A program made the position numbers and the translations under genes. Below, piece after piece: positions 11,104 through 21,514 of a stretch of 64,000 bases of DNA. How positions within the stretch are numbered: the first letter of the stretch is position 1; the number at the start of each line of letters is the position of its first letter. A model generated the notes under the pieces. The model ran no database searches, was not told where the DNA came from, and saw only the letters and a program-made list of their open reading frames with translations. This stretch comes from Alphaproteobacteria bacterium (GTDB lineage Bacteria; Pseudomonadota; Alphaproteobacteria; GCA-2731375): assembly GCA_965225945.1 (NCBI GenBank), contig CBDDBZ010000037.1, positions 384,001-448,000 on the forward strand. The letters run 5' to 3'.

Positions 11104-11504
11104 CGCGCAGCCGATGAGAACGGGGTGGACCCACGCCCAAACCCGCACGATACTGCGCATATGGGTCGTGCCTTGCATGGCTCGGGGGGTGCGGTGCCGG
11201 TCGTTGCCAGCAAGCAAACGGGGCCGGCGCCGCATCGTTCTCAGCGGCCCGAGTGTACTCCCGCGGCTCCCCTTGTCAGGTCCGCGGAACCGCCGCCGCC
11301 AGCCAGCCAAAACAGGAATCGAGACGCCCGCCCGCGGTGGATAAGCAGCCCGCCGCCGCCAGACTCTTGGCGGTCGCCGCGGCGGGCTACTTACCCACCG
11401 CTGCGCCGAGCCAACTCCCGCCTGCAAACCACGCAGCTACAGCGCCACGATGCCCGATGTCGCTGAAATCACCATCTAAGCGCGGTTTTTCATCGCCACC
11501 GACA

Positions 11505-11730
11505 CCCGGCGCCTTCGCGAATCGATGACCGCGCGAGACCGGCGGATAGTCGCCATCCGATGCCGCACCTCTCTGGCGAGCTTGGCCGTGCCCTGCGCAC
11601 CGGCAAGCTCGAGTCGAAGCATCCGCCGAGCCGCGGGTCTTCCCTTGCTGACTTCGATCAGCAGGTCGGCGAGGCGCTCTGCCCCGAGAGCCTTCAGGTT
11701 CCTGGCGTTGAGAGTTTTCTTCGATGTCAT
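11505..11730 (-). pseudogene. DUF6880-like protein, 5' portion
   Basis: MTSKKTLNARNLKALGAERLADLLIEV...; joins 6151-7369 in frame. Confidence 0.8.
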
Positions 11731-12332
11731 ATCGCAGCCGGGTCGCATTGCAGTCTGGGTGCGCAGGACCTTGATCCGTCGCTCCATATCGCGCAATAGC
11801 TGGGATGGGGGCGGGCTGGCCCGGAGACGCTCGGGCCAGCTGACCCCACTAAGGGACGCAGCCGCAATCCCGGGGCCGGCCAGGAAGCCGGGATAAACGG
11901 GGACGGAAGGATACAAGGGGGTTAAACAAGAGCGATTTCGATTCGATGACGGATGCCCTAGGCTCTGGCGCTCGACAGTCCGGAAAATTGAGCCACACCA
12001 AGGACTTGATATCTGGGCGGATACATGGCGCGACACGAGATTGCAAATGCGGCAAGGAGGTGATGTACCGCAACATCTTGATGTGGTTGATCAGGTAGGC
12101 GGCCTGAGATTCTGTTTGAGCATGTGATCTTGGTCCGGTGTGTTGCGTGAGTTTCCCGCTGCGGCACCCCCGAAGCAACGATTGATGCCACGTTGGGCTG
12201 TCCGAGCGCGCCAAAATCACTCGTTGAACGCATTCTCAAACGGTCTCTGAGAAACAGACGGAATACACCTTAAGTCAGCCGCCAAGCAGCTCGAATAGGC
12301 GAGGTCAACTCAGCACAGGAGCGCGTCACCAA

Positions 12333-14375
12333 ATGAAACTCTTCCTCCAGCAGCTCGAAGCGCATCTGTGGGGCGCCGCGAACATCCTGCGCGGCAAGAC
12401 AGCGGGACAGGACTACAAGAACTACATATTGTCGCTGATGTTCTACAAGCGGCTCTGCGATCAGTGGGAGTGGGAGGCGGACGACGCCATCACCGAGCAG
12501 GAACGGCAGCAGGGCCGACCATTCACCGAGACGCAGAAGGCGATCTTCCGCAAGCGCGGCGAGCATCGATTTGCCATCCCGGACGGCTCGCGGTGGGGAG
12601 ATGTCAAGGCAGTCTCGGTGAACATCGGCGAGGCCCTGACACGCGCGATGCGGGCCGTGGCCGACGCCAACAACGAGCTGCGGGGTGTGTTCACGGTTGA
12701 CTGGAACCAGCCGGCACCCGACGGGTCGGGCAAGCCGCTGATCGCCAATGAAGTCGTCCATGCGCTGGTCCAGCACTTTGATGAGCACGATCTGTCGAAC
12801 CGTAGCGTGCCGGCCGATGTGCTGGGCCGGGCCTACGAGTACCTCATCAAGAAGTTTGCCGACGACGCCGGCGCGAAGGCGGGCGAGTTCTTTACGCCCC
12901 CAGAGGTCGTGGACACCCTGGTGCGCATCCTGGAGCCGGGTCCCGGCGATAGCATCTACGACCCGACCGCGGGCTCCGGCGGGATGCTCGTGCACGCCGC
13001 CGACTACCTCCGCGAACACGGGCATCACGCGACCCATGCGCGCTACTTTGCGCAGGAAATGAACTGGGGCAACGCCGCCATCGGCAAGATCAACTCCGTG
13101 CTCCACGGCCTCGAAGCCGACATCCGGGCCGGCAATAGCACCATCACCGACCCGCTGTTTCTCGAAGGTGGCGAGGTGCGCAGGTTCTCTCTGGTGCTCG
13201 CCAATTTTCCGTTCTCGGACGACTACTGGTGGCTGAAGCCGGAGCAGCATACCGACGACAAGACCAGGAAGGCCCGGCTCAAGAAGGAGATTTTCGGCAA
13301 TGAGGGCTACAAGGACCCGTTCGGTCGTTTCGGCCGCGGCACCGGCTTCCAGGCGCCGCCGGCCGGCTACGGGGACTACGCGTTCATACTCCACATCCTC
13401 GCTTCGCTCTCCGACGACGGGCGGGCCGGCATCGTCTGCCCGCAGGGCGTGCTCTTCCGCGGCCAGCCGGAAGTCGAGGAAGAGACAGGCGACTTCGACG
13501 CCAGGGGGAAGCCCAAGGTGAGGCGGCGCAAGGCCGACGACGAGCATCTCATCCGCCGGGCGCTGCTCGAGTCCCGGCTGATCGACGCCGTCATCTCGCT
13601 GCCGCTCAACGTCTTCTACGGCGCAGGCGTGCCCGCGTGCCTGTTGATCCTGCGCAAGCAGCGCCCCGTGGAGCGCCGGGACCGGGTTCTGCTGATCTAT
13701 GCCGCCCGGCACTACCGCGAGCTCTCCGCCCAGAACGAGCTGCGCCCCCAGGACGTGATGCGGATGCTCGTGCACTACCACTCCTACGGTGATGCGTCGA
13801 AGGCGCCCGGCCTCGTGGAAGAGCACAGCGAGAGGGTTCACTGCGAGATCGACCGACGGGAGGCGGACGAGGTCGGCCGGCTCGAGGCCGAATATCAGCC
13901 TCAAGCCGACAGGCTGGCCGCGCTCAACAACGCGCTTCAGGAGGCCCGCGAAAAGCAGCGCGCATCCGCGACGAAGCGCGACAAGGCGAAAGCGGCGCCA
14001 GCGTTGACAAAGCTCCAGAAGCAACGCGACAAGATCGCGGCGAAGGTCGCGGAGCGCGACGAGCGCATCGCCGAGGCGCGTCGCAACGCCGAGGACGACC
14101 GTGCGGACATCAGCGCGGTGGGCGAGGAGCTGGTCGCCCTCTATGCCGATCCCGACGAGCTGATCAAGCACGCCCGCGTCGTCGACATGGATGAGGTCGA
14201 GGAGAACGAGTTCAACCTCAACGTGCCTCGGTACGTGGATACCTTCGAGCCGGAGCCGCGGATGGATGTCGATGAAGTGCTCAGGGCACTCGTTAATGCT
14301 GAGAAGAAGGCGGAGGACGCCGAAGCGACTCTCCTGAATCTCTTGCGGGATGTCGGTTATGCCGTCGGTAAGTAG
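12333..14375 (+). CDS. hsdM: Type I R-M N6-adenine methyltransferase
   Basis: LWGAANILRG, GEFFTP, motif I DPTAGSGG, motif IV variant NFPF, FNLNVPRY. Confidence 0.95.
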   Translation: MKLFLQQLEAHLWGAANILRGKTAGQDYKNYILSLMFYKRLCDQWEWEADDAITEQERQQGRPFTETQKAIFRKRGEHRFAIPDGSRWGDVKAVSVNIGEALTRAMRAVADANNELRGVFTVDWNQPAPDGSGKPLIANEVVHALVQHFDEHDLSNRSVPADVLGRAYEYLIKKFADDAGAKAGEFFTPPEVVDTLVRILEPGPGDSIYDPTAGSGGMLVHAADYLREHGHHATHARYFAQEMNWGNAAIGKINSVLHGLEADIRAGNSTITDPLFLEGGEVRRFSLVLANFPFSDDYWWLKPEQHTDDKTRKARLKKEIFGNEGYKDPFGRFGRGTGFQAPPAGYGDYAFILHILASLSDDGRAGIVCPQGVLFRGQPEVEEETGDFDARGKPKVRRRKADDEHLIRRALLESRLIDAVISLPLNVFYGAGVPACLLILRKQRPVERRDRVLLIYAARHYRELSAQNELRPQDVMRMLVHYHSYGDASKAPGLVEEHSERVHCEIDRREADEVGRLEAEYQPQADRLAALNNALQEAREKQRASATKRDKAKAAPALTKLQKQRDKIAAKVAERDERIAEARRNAEDDRADISAVGEELVALYADPDELIKHARVVDMDEVEENEFNLNVPRYVDTFEPEPRMDVDEVLRALVNAEKKAEDAEATLLNLLRDVGYAVGK

Positions 14376-15621
14376 GGTCCTCTCGGGGTGTCAGATCTTC
14401 GACAGCCGCACCGCGCCCGACGGTTGGGCGTGTGTCCCGTTGGGAGAGCGCATCGAATTGGCATATGGACGTGGTTTGCGTGAAGAGGACCGGGAACCGG
14501 GCGACATCGATGTCTACGGATCGAACGGCGTTGTCGGAAGCCATACTCGTGCCCTCGTGAGCGGACCGGGGATTCTCGTCGGCCGCAAGGGCACGGTGGG
14601 CGCTATTCACTATGCAAGTGATCCGTTCTGGCCAATCGACACGGTCTACTACGTCGTGCCGCGGCGTGGGGACAATCTGCGATTCCTCCATCATCTCCTG
14701 AATTACTTGCCTCTGAAGTTTATGAACGCCGCTACCGGCGTACCGGGTTTATCTCGTCGCGACGCCTATTCACTTCTTGGCGTATTCCCCCGAGTCGAAG
14801 AGCAAGCCGCCATCGCCCGCATTCTCGACGCCGTGGACACGTCGCTGAAACGAACTCGTGAAGCTGTAGAACAGACGCAGCAGCTAAAAAAAGCTTTACT
14901 TGACCAGTTTCTCTACGAAGCGCTCGGCGAGACTATGTACGCGGACCGACCGCGGCGCGAGTTGCCCGACCGTTGGACGCTTGTATCCACAGAGCACCTA
15001 TTGGCTAGTGATCCGAAGAATGGAATGTCACCACCGACATCTTCCAGACCCCCAGGAGTCCCCACCTTTAGCATCGGAGCTATCCGGCATGGTCGAGTGA
15101 ATCTCAATGACAAGGACCACCTGAAATACGCCAAACTATCGGATACCGACACGTCGAGTCGTTTCCGCGTCAGAAGGGGAGATATCCTGATCGTTCGAGG
15201 CAATGCAAACCCCGATCTTGTGGGAAGGGCTGGAGTGATTAATGAATTCCCACGCGACTGCTTCTATCCTGACATTGCAAAGCGTGTCACATTCGGGACT
15301 AATTGTTCACCAAGAATTCTGCCAACATTCGCCGTTCTCGTTTGGAACCATTCGACTGTGCACAACCAAGTCCTGCGCCGGGCAAAGACTTCGAATGGGA
15401 CGCTCAAGATAAACAACCGCGACGTTAAGCAGATAGTCCTGCCGGTTCCGCCGGAGAACGACCAGGTCCGGATCGCTGCGATCACCGTGGCAATCGAAGA
15501 AAAGTGCGATGCGCTGATGGTTGTCAACGCCTCACTTGAACAACTCAAGAAATCCCTCATGCACGACCTATTCACCGGCAAGGTCCGAGTCGGCGATATG
15601 ACGGAGGCCCTCGCGCCATGA
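14359..15621 (+). CDS. hsdS: Type I R-M specificity subunit
   Basis: Two TRDs with conserved spacers (EQAAIARILD, LKKSLMHDLFTG); lies between hsdM and hsdR. Start 14350 or 14359. Confidence 0.93.
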   Translation: MPSVSRVLSGCQIFDSRTAPDGWACVPLGERIELAYGRGLREEDREPGDIDVYGSNGVVGSHTRALVSGPGILVGRKGTVGAIHYASDPFWPIDTVYYVVPRRGDNLRFLHHLLNYLPLKFMNAATGVPGLSRRDAYSLLGVFPRVEEQAAIARILDAVDTSLKRTREAVEQTQQLKKALLDQFLYEALGETMYADRPRRELPDRWTLVSTEHLLASDPKNGMSPPTSSRPPGVPTFSIGAIRHGRVNLNDKDHLKYAKLSDTDTSSRFRVRRGDILIVRGNANPDLVGRAGVINEFPRDCFYPDIAKRVTFGTNCSPRILPTFAVLVWNHSTVHNQVLRRAKTSNGTLKINNRDVKQIVLPVPPENDQVRIAAITVAIEEKCDALMVVNASLEQLKKSLMHDLFTGKVRVGDMTEALAP

Positions 15622-18600
15622 GTGAGTACGGCTACGTCGAACGGCCGATCCTGAACTGGCTCTGCGGAGAGCCCGGAGCCACCTACCCGGTAGGTGGGCT
15701 CGGGTGGACGTACCGCGACGAGGCGGCCATGGCGGAGTTCGGTCGGCCCTTGGAAGACCCGCTCGTTGAGCAGTTGCTGAAGGAGGCCATCGTTCGCCTC
15801 AACCCGCACGTGGAGACCGAGACGCAGGCATGGCGGGCAGTGGAGGCGCTGCGCAAGGCGATGGGGCAGCCGGACCGGCTTGCCGCCAACCGCGCGACGC
15901 TCGACCTGCTGCGCGACGGGGCCAGGGTCGCGCTCCGTCCCGGCGAGGACGCCCGGACCGTGCAGTTCATCGCATTCGAGGCGGAGCGTCAGCATCTGAA
16001 CGACTTCACCGCGACCAATCAGTATCGCGTGCAAGGTGTCAAGCAGTGCCGCGATGACACGGTGCTGCTGGTCAACGGCATCCCCATCGTGGTCGCCGAG
16101 TACAAGAGCTACCTGACCAGCGGCGACGACTGGTGCCAAGCGGTGCACCAGCTCCACCGCTACCAGCGCCAAGCGCCCTTGATGCTGGCCCCCAACGTCT
16201 TCTGCGTGGCTGCCGACGAGGACGAATTCCGTTACGGGACGGTGCTGTTTCACGACGCGAGCAAGGAGGACGTCGACCGCCACCTCGACCAATGGGGCCG
16301 CTGGCTCAGCCTCTATCCGGACCATCACGGCTGGTGGAACGAGCCCGCGGCCGCGGACCCCGCCGACCCGCTGGAGACGCCCGTCAAGGGTCTCCTGCGG
16401 CTGAAGCCGGCGCACTTGCTAGACTTCTTGCAACACTTCGTCGTCTTCGAGACCAAGAGAGGCGCGACCGCGAAGAAGATCGCCCGCTATCAACAGTTCG
16501 AGGCGGTGAACGAGCTGGTAGACCGCACGGTGGCGCAGGTGGGTAATCCGGTCAGCGCCCAGGATCGGACCGGCCTCATCTGGCATACGCAGGGCTCCGG
16601 CAAGTCGCTCACCATGGTGTTCGCCGGCCAGAAGCTGCGCCGACATCCGGCGCTCGACAATCCGACGGTGCTTATCGTCGTCGACCGGCGCGACCTCAAG
16701 ACACAACTCTCGGACGACTTCGACGCCTGCGACTATCCCAACGTCGAAAAGGCGCTGGGGGTCCAGGATCTCAAGCGGAGGCTACGGACTGACTGGCGCG
16801 GCACACTGGTGACGACCCTGCAATCGTTCCAGAAGATGGATGACCTTGATCCGCTGAGCCGCGACAACATCGTGAGCCTGGTGGATGAGTGCCATCGCTC
16901 GCAGACCGGAACGAGCAAGGGCAGTCGCGAGAGCCACGCGCTCACCATGCGCGTCAAGCTTGAAAACGGGTTCCGGTTCGGCTTCACCGGGACGCCCATC
17001 GACCGCACCCTGCAGAACACCCATCGCGATTTCGGCCCGCTGAAGGACGGAGTGCAGGAGCGCTACCTGAGCTACTACGGCATCCGCCGCTCTATCAAGG
17101 ACGGGGCGACGCTGGAGGTCCACTACGTCCGCGACACAGTGCCCATCGAAGTGGACGAGGAGCCCTTGAGCGTAGGGTTCGAGAAGCTCTGCGAGGAAAT
17201 GGAACTCGAGGACGAAGAAGCAAAGGACTTCGTCCAACGCCAGCGGTCCCAATGGAAGGAGCTTGTTCGGCATTCGGACCGGGTGGACATCGTGCTCGAC
17301 AAGATGCTTGCCCACTTTCTGGCATATCCCGACCCGAGCGGCTTCAAGGCTCAGCTCGTTGCCGTCGATCGCAAGGCGTGTGCGGTCTACAAGGATGCCC
17401 TCGACCGTCGGTTGCGCGACCGGGGACTCCCGCCGGAAACTTCGGACGTGATCATCTCCAAGGCGCAGAACAGCGAGCCCGATGTCCAGCGATTCGAGTA
17501 TGCCAAAGCGAAACAGGACGAGCTGATCGACTACTTCAAGCTGACCCCGGCGCAGTGGGAGGACTGGAACCGGGAGTGCCACGGGGACGACCGGAGCCGG
17601 TGGCGACCACCGCTCAAGATTCTCATCGTCTGCGACCGCCTTCTCACCGGGTTCGACGCGCCGGTGGAGCAGGTGATGTATCTGGACAAGCCGCTGCGCG
17701 ACCACAACCTGCTTCAGGCCATCGCCCGAACCAACCGGCCGCTGCCGTCGATGAAGAAGCGGACGGGGATCGTCGTCGACTTCTTCGGAGTCTTTGCCGA
17801 CCTCGAGAAGGCGCTTAACTTCGATGAGAGCGTTTGCGAAGAGTCCCTGATCGACTGGGACAGGCTGCGGGAGGCGGTGTCCGGCGAAAGCTCCCGGTGC
17901 ATGGAAACCTTCGAGGGCATCGCCATCGAGGATACGCGCGAGTGTCTCCTGTCCGCCCTGCGGCGGCTCCGCGATTCCGAGACCGCGAAGAACTTCGAGC
18001 AGAACTTCAGGAGCCTCGAACGGCTCTGGGAAGCCGTGTCGCCCGACCCGTGCCTGTACCCGTACCGTCTCCAGTACAACTGGCTGTGCGGCATCTACGT
18101 CGCGCACCGGCGGCGGCAGCGCGGGAGCAGGGATACCTATGGGAAACTGTCCGCTAAGACGAAGGAACTGATAGAAGAGAACACGACTTTTGTCGAGATG
18201 GCGCAGTCGCTGCCGGTCCTCAAGATCGACCGGGACTACGCAGGGAAGCTGGACGAACTTCCGACGCCAGCCGACAAGGCGGCCGCCCTCGAAGCGATGC
18301 TGACCGCCGAGCTGGCGGAGGACGATCCGGGCTTCCTGTATCGACTACTGGGGGAGAGGCTCCAGAAGATCAAGGAACGGCAGGAAACTGATGAGGAAGC
18401 CACCGCGAAGCGCCTGCGGGAATTGGAAGCCATCGCAGGCGAGGCGGCCGACGCGAGGGTGGAGCCGGAACGGCTGGGCCTCACGCAATCCGGGGAGTAC
18501 GGACTGTTCACGATTCTGCGGGTCCACACCTCCGTCACCGACGAGACCTACATCGCGGAGTGTGCACGCAACATGGTCGGCCACCTGCGGCAGCACAGAC

Positions 18601-18782
18601 TCCTGGTGACGGGGTGGAGCAACTCGGTCAGTGGGCGCATGGGCGTGGAGCAGTCGCTGTTAGCGGAGTCGTGGAATCCGCGTTACGAACGGCTGGGGTT
18701 CGATACGACCGCCCCAGCCCCTCCGTTCCTGAAGCCGGCAGTGGAGGAACTGGCCAAGTCGGACGGGGTATCTGACGGGTGA
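15618..18782 (+). CDS. hsdR: Type I R-M restriction/motor subunit
   Basis: D..LLVNGIP..AEYK nuclease motif, HTQGSGKS, DECH, FTGTP, LLTGFDAP, QAIARTNR; ATGA overlap with hsdS. Confidence 0.96.
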   Translation: MSEYGYVERPILNWLCGEPGATYPVGGLGWTYRDEAAMAEFGRPLEDPLVEQLLKEAIVRLNPHVETETQAWRAVEALRKAMGQPDRLAANRATLDLLRDGARVALRPGEDARTVQFIAFEAERQHLNDFTATNQYRVQGVKQCRDDTVLLVNGIPIVVAEYKSYLTSGDDWCQAVHQLHRYQRQAPLMLAPNVFCVAADEDEFRYGTVLFHDASKEDVDRHLDQWGRWLSLYPDHHGWWNEPAAADPADPLETPVKGLLRLKPAHLLDFLQHFVVFETKRGATAKKIARYQQFEAVNELVDRTVAQVGNPVSAQDRTGLIWHTQGSGKSLTMVFAGQKLRRHPALDNPTVLIVVDRRDLKTQLSDDFDACDYPNVEKALGVQDLKRRLRTDWRGTLVTTLQSFQKMDDLDPLSRDNIVSLVDECHRSQTGTSKGSRESHALTMRVKLENGFRFGFTGTPIDRTLQNTHRDFGPLKDGVQERYLSYYGIRRSIKDGATLEVHYVRDTVPIEVDEEPLSVGFEKLCEEMELEDEEAKDFVQRQRSQWKELVRHSDRVDIVLDKMLAHFLAYPDPSGFKAQLVAVDRKACAVYKDALDRRLRDRGLPPETSDVIISKAQNSEPDVQRFEYAKAKQDELIDYFKLTPAQWEDWNRECHGDDRSRWRPPLKILIVCDRLLTGFDAPVEQVMYLDKPLRDHNLLQAIARTNRPLPSMKKRTGIVVDFFGVFADLEKALNFDESVCEESLIDWDRLREAVSGESSRCMETFEGIAIEDTRECLLSALRRLRDSETAKNFEQNFRSLERLWEAVSPDPCLYPYRLQYNWLCGIYVAHRRRQRGSRDTYGKLSAKTKELIEENTTFVEMAQSLPVLKIDRDYAGKLDELPTPADKAAALEAMLTAELAEDDPGFLYRLLGERLQKIKERQETDEEATAKRLRELEAIAGEAADARVEPERLGLTQSGEYGLFTILRVHTSVTDETYIAECARNMVGHLRQHRLLVTGWSNSVSGRMGVEQSLLAESWNPRYERLGFDTTAPAPPFLKPAVEELAKSDGVSDG

Positions 18783-19522
18783 AGGCCGTAACGCAACATC
18801 GGATCGAGCTGCGCGGCAGTCGCGTGGACTACGACGTGGTCGTCTCCAGGGCCGCCCGGCAGACCCGCATTCGGGTCGGTCCAGGCGGTGTCGAGGTCGT
18901 GCAGCCGGCGGGCGCGAGCGACGGGGACGTGTCGGCGTTCTTGCGTCGGAACGAGAGCTGGGTGCTCGCCCAGCTCGACCGAGTGGCGAGTCTTCGTGCA
19001 CTAAGGCGGCCGGTGCGGCGGCAGTCTGGGGAAATCCTGTATCGCGGCGAACTGACCCCAGTGCGCGTCGAGTTCGTCGACACGAAGGCTCGCGGAAACC
19101 GCGTCGCGTGGAGCGACGGGGAGATCGTCGTTCGCCGCGGGCCGGAGACGCAAACGCCAGCAGTGCGCGGTCTCGAGAACTGGCTGAGAGGACAGGCGCG
19201 CTCGGCCATTGCGGACTACTTGCTTGTGGTGACCGCGCGCATTGGGCGGGAGCCCGCGCGGGTCTACGTGATGGGTCAGCGCACGAAGTGGGGCAACTGC
19301 TCGTCCCGCAGGAATCTGTCCTTCAACTGGCGGCTCATTCTTGCGCCGGATTTCGTACTCCGTTACCTCGTTGCGCACGAGGTCGTGCATCTGGTCGTCC
19401 CGGATCATTCGGCGAAGTTTTGGTTGACCGTGCAGAGCCTTTGTCCCGACATGGAGCGAGCCAAGCAATGGCTAAGCCGTCATCACGCAGAGCTCACCGT
19501 GAGCCTTGCAAGCGTCATGTAG
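18779..19522 (+). CDS. M48/YgjP (DUF45) metallopeptidase
   Basis: KWGNCS, HEVVH; a common companion of type I R-M operons. Confidence 0.9.
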   Translation: MKAVTQHRIELRGSRVDYDVVVSRAARQTRIRVGPGGVEVVQPAGASDGDVSAFLRRNESWVLAQLDRVASLRALRRPVRRQSGEILYRGELTPVRVEFVDTKARGNRVAWSDGEIVVRRGPETQTPAVRGLENWLRGQARSAIADYLLVVTARIGREPARVYVMGQRTKWGNCSSRRNLSFNWRLILAPDFVLRYLVAHEVVHLVVPDHSAKFWLTVQSLCPDMERAKQWLSRHHAELTVSLASVM

Positions 19523-19592
19523 ATACAGGTGAAGGCAAAAAGAAACTCAACCGGCTGTCTGAGGACTACGGGATGGAGCAATAGGTGAAAAC

Positions 19593-20496
19593 ATGAACCT
19601 GAGTAAACGTTCCAAGCTGTCCCTCTGCCAGTTCCTGTCGTTGTTCGGACGCGAAGACCTGATCCTCCTTCTCAGCAAGTACGGGTTCTCGACAGACGAG
19701 CTCGAAAACCAATGGGCTGGTGTCAGCATTGCTGCTGCGTTGAGAGAAGTCGTCATTCCGGCGTCGGCTCAGCTTGAAAGTCTCGTTCAAGAGCTCGCCA
19801 GGACCCGAGACTCCATGCGTACCGGTGTTTCTCCGCGCTATCACTTTGACGAGCGATGGACTGACTTGCGCTTCACAGCTTGAAAGTCTCGTTCAAGAGC
19901 TCGCCAGGACCCGAGACTCCATGCGTACCGGTGTTTCTCCGCGCTATCACTTTGACGAGCGATGGACTGACTTGCGATTGTGTCTGGAACTCGATGGATA
20001 TGCCAAGGAGCGGGATGAATACGAAGTGGAGCAGGATCGTTTCGTTCCGATTGAACCGATCATTGAAGGCGCCGAGGCCGCCGAAGACGACCTGACAAAG
20101 GAACTCCGACGGTCTGGCCTTCCCGACATCGAAGGGATAATTCAGGTCTTGGACGGTTCAGCGAGCGCATTTCGGAACAGTGATTTTAATGGCTGTCTCA
20201 ACAACGCACGCGTGGCCCTGCAAACATTGGCGACTTCGATCGCGCGTGAACGGCTCCCGAACGATCCTGGCGGCTTCGATGAAACAAAATGGGGCCAGGT
20301 GATCGCCCAGCTAAGAACCACGGGCTTCATTACCCGGCAGCAAGAGCATGGTCTTGCAGGAGTGTTTGGTTTGATAAGCCCCGGCTCGCACACTCCAATC
20401 GGTTTCGACGAGGAGGAATTCGCGAGACTGGGCCGAGGTCTTGCCGTCTCTATCTCCTACTTCCTTGCAAAACGAGTCAACGCGAATGAAGTCTGA
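19593..20496 (+). pseudogene. Hypothetical protein (possible Abi-C/HEPN-like C-terminus), frameshifted by an internal duplication
   Basis: ORFs 19593-19883 and 19774-20496 share the duplicated peptide QLESLVQELARTRDSMRTGVSPRYHFDERWTDLR. Confidence 0.65.
19770..19976 (+). repeat. Tandem duplication, 2 x 101 bp with a 5-bp spacer
   Basis: 19770-19870 equals 19876-19976. Confidence 0.95.
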
Positions 20497-20927
20497 GCGA
20501 TTTTGCACAATGCGGAGCCATTTCATGCCTCTAACCTTGTCGCCGGGCAGGGTTGTCAAGTGCTGTAGCACCTCCTCTGCAACCCGAGCAACGACGCTCG
20601 CGCATCGGTTGCATAGGAGTGAACCGATCATGGTGGTCGGCGGTTCGGATGGGTGACGGTTGTTCACGGAAGTACCGAACTTTTGGATCCGGACATCGGG
20701 CAGCTCGACGCGCGTCCAGATGCGCTGCCAGGGATGCTGGAGGCCCGTGAGATACTAACCGGGCACCTTGCGCGCGATCACCCGGGGGTTGTACTAATCG
20801 CAGGGTAGAGAGGGCAGGAGTCGAACTGCCGATGGCGCTAGGGGAACCGCGCGCCCGCAAGCCTTTGCGGGAAGGGCATGTGGTCCGAGCCCGGAAACCG
20901 AGTGTAACGTCACAAGCGAGGGTTTTC

Positions 20928-21374
20928 TCAGCAACCCAAGCGCATCCGAGTGGTTAGGTCCCGAATGCCATTAATAGATTGCAAAAAACGGTTTCTTGTT
21001 ACTTGAGTAACACTGCCCTTAGAAAGGCTCTGTTGAACGAGGTAGACCTCTTCAACAAATGCTCCGGGTGCGGCGTGAGCGATGCTTATACATTTTTCAA
21101 TCTCTTTCTGCGTTTCAGGATGTTGAGAGGCGTACCCGCGGGTCTCCAGTATCGTTATCCAGCGATTCCATACTTGCTTCCGGGCAACGTCGAGTTCAGG
21201 TAGCTTTTCTTGCCGGATGAGTCCCGTTGGCGAGGTGGCGGCAAGAACATCTGACATAAGATCCGCCAACTTATCTAGTTCATCAGCTAACGTCTTAGTT
21301 GCTTCCCTCCTATCTACAATCTTCTCTCTTTTCATAATACGGAGCCATTGAAGAACTGCAATTATCATACTCAT
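20928..21374 (-). CDS. Hypothetical protein, low GC
   Basis: GGAGG SD before MSMIIAVLQWL; no recognised motif. Confidence 0.55.
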   Translation of the reverse strand: MSMIIAVLQWLRIMKREKIVDRREATKTLADELDKLADLMSDVLAATSPTGLIRQEKLPELDVARKQVWNRWITILETRGYASQHPETQKEIEKCISIAHAAPGAFVEEVYLVQQSLSKGSVTQVTRNRFLQSINGIRDLTTRMRLGC

Positions 21375-21514
21375 AATTCCTCCGCTTTTTACCGGTCGTG
21401 ACAATGGCGCTGTGACCGGGTGTCCGTTAACAAGATGATTTGGACACTGGCGGCGGTTGTCAAACGGAGTGACGATCCCTCGAATCTGAAGTTTTCCGAA
21501 GCTATACCTCGGAG

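Larger units (their letters stand above)
7370..11504 (-). mobile_element. 4.1-kb IS21-type element with passenger genes (Cys-rich ORF, istA, istB, DUF3991/TOPRIM-like)
   Basis: TGT...ACA termini; box GCGCTTA(G/T)ATGGTG at positions 22-35 from both ends; 5-bp TSD CCCGG at 7365-7369 and 11505-11509. Confidence 0.92.

Noticed and set aside
12181-12191. ATTGATGCCAC matching the repeat upstream of the integrase at 44836
   Set aside because: A single 11-bp match in 64 kb with no supporting context; likely chance.
12270-14171. Long antisense ORFs (also 4093-5634, 9164-10702, 16782-18107, 33565-35028, 44859-46115, 46034-47353)
   Set aside because: They are shadows of real high-GC genes on the other strand and carry no motifs.
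19770-19976. CRISPR-like array (also the 18-bp repeat at 43047-43082)
   Set aside because: Only two adjacent units, no unique spacers, and no cas genes anywhere in the window.
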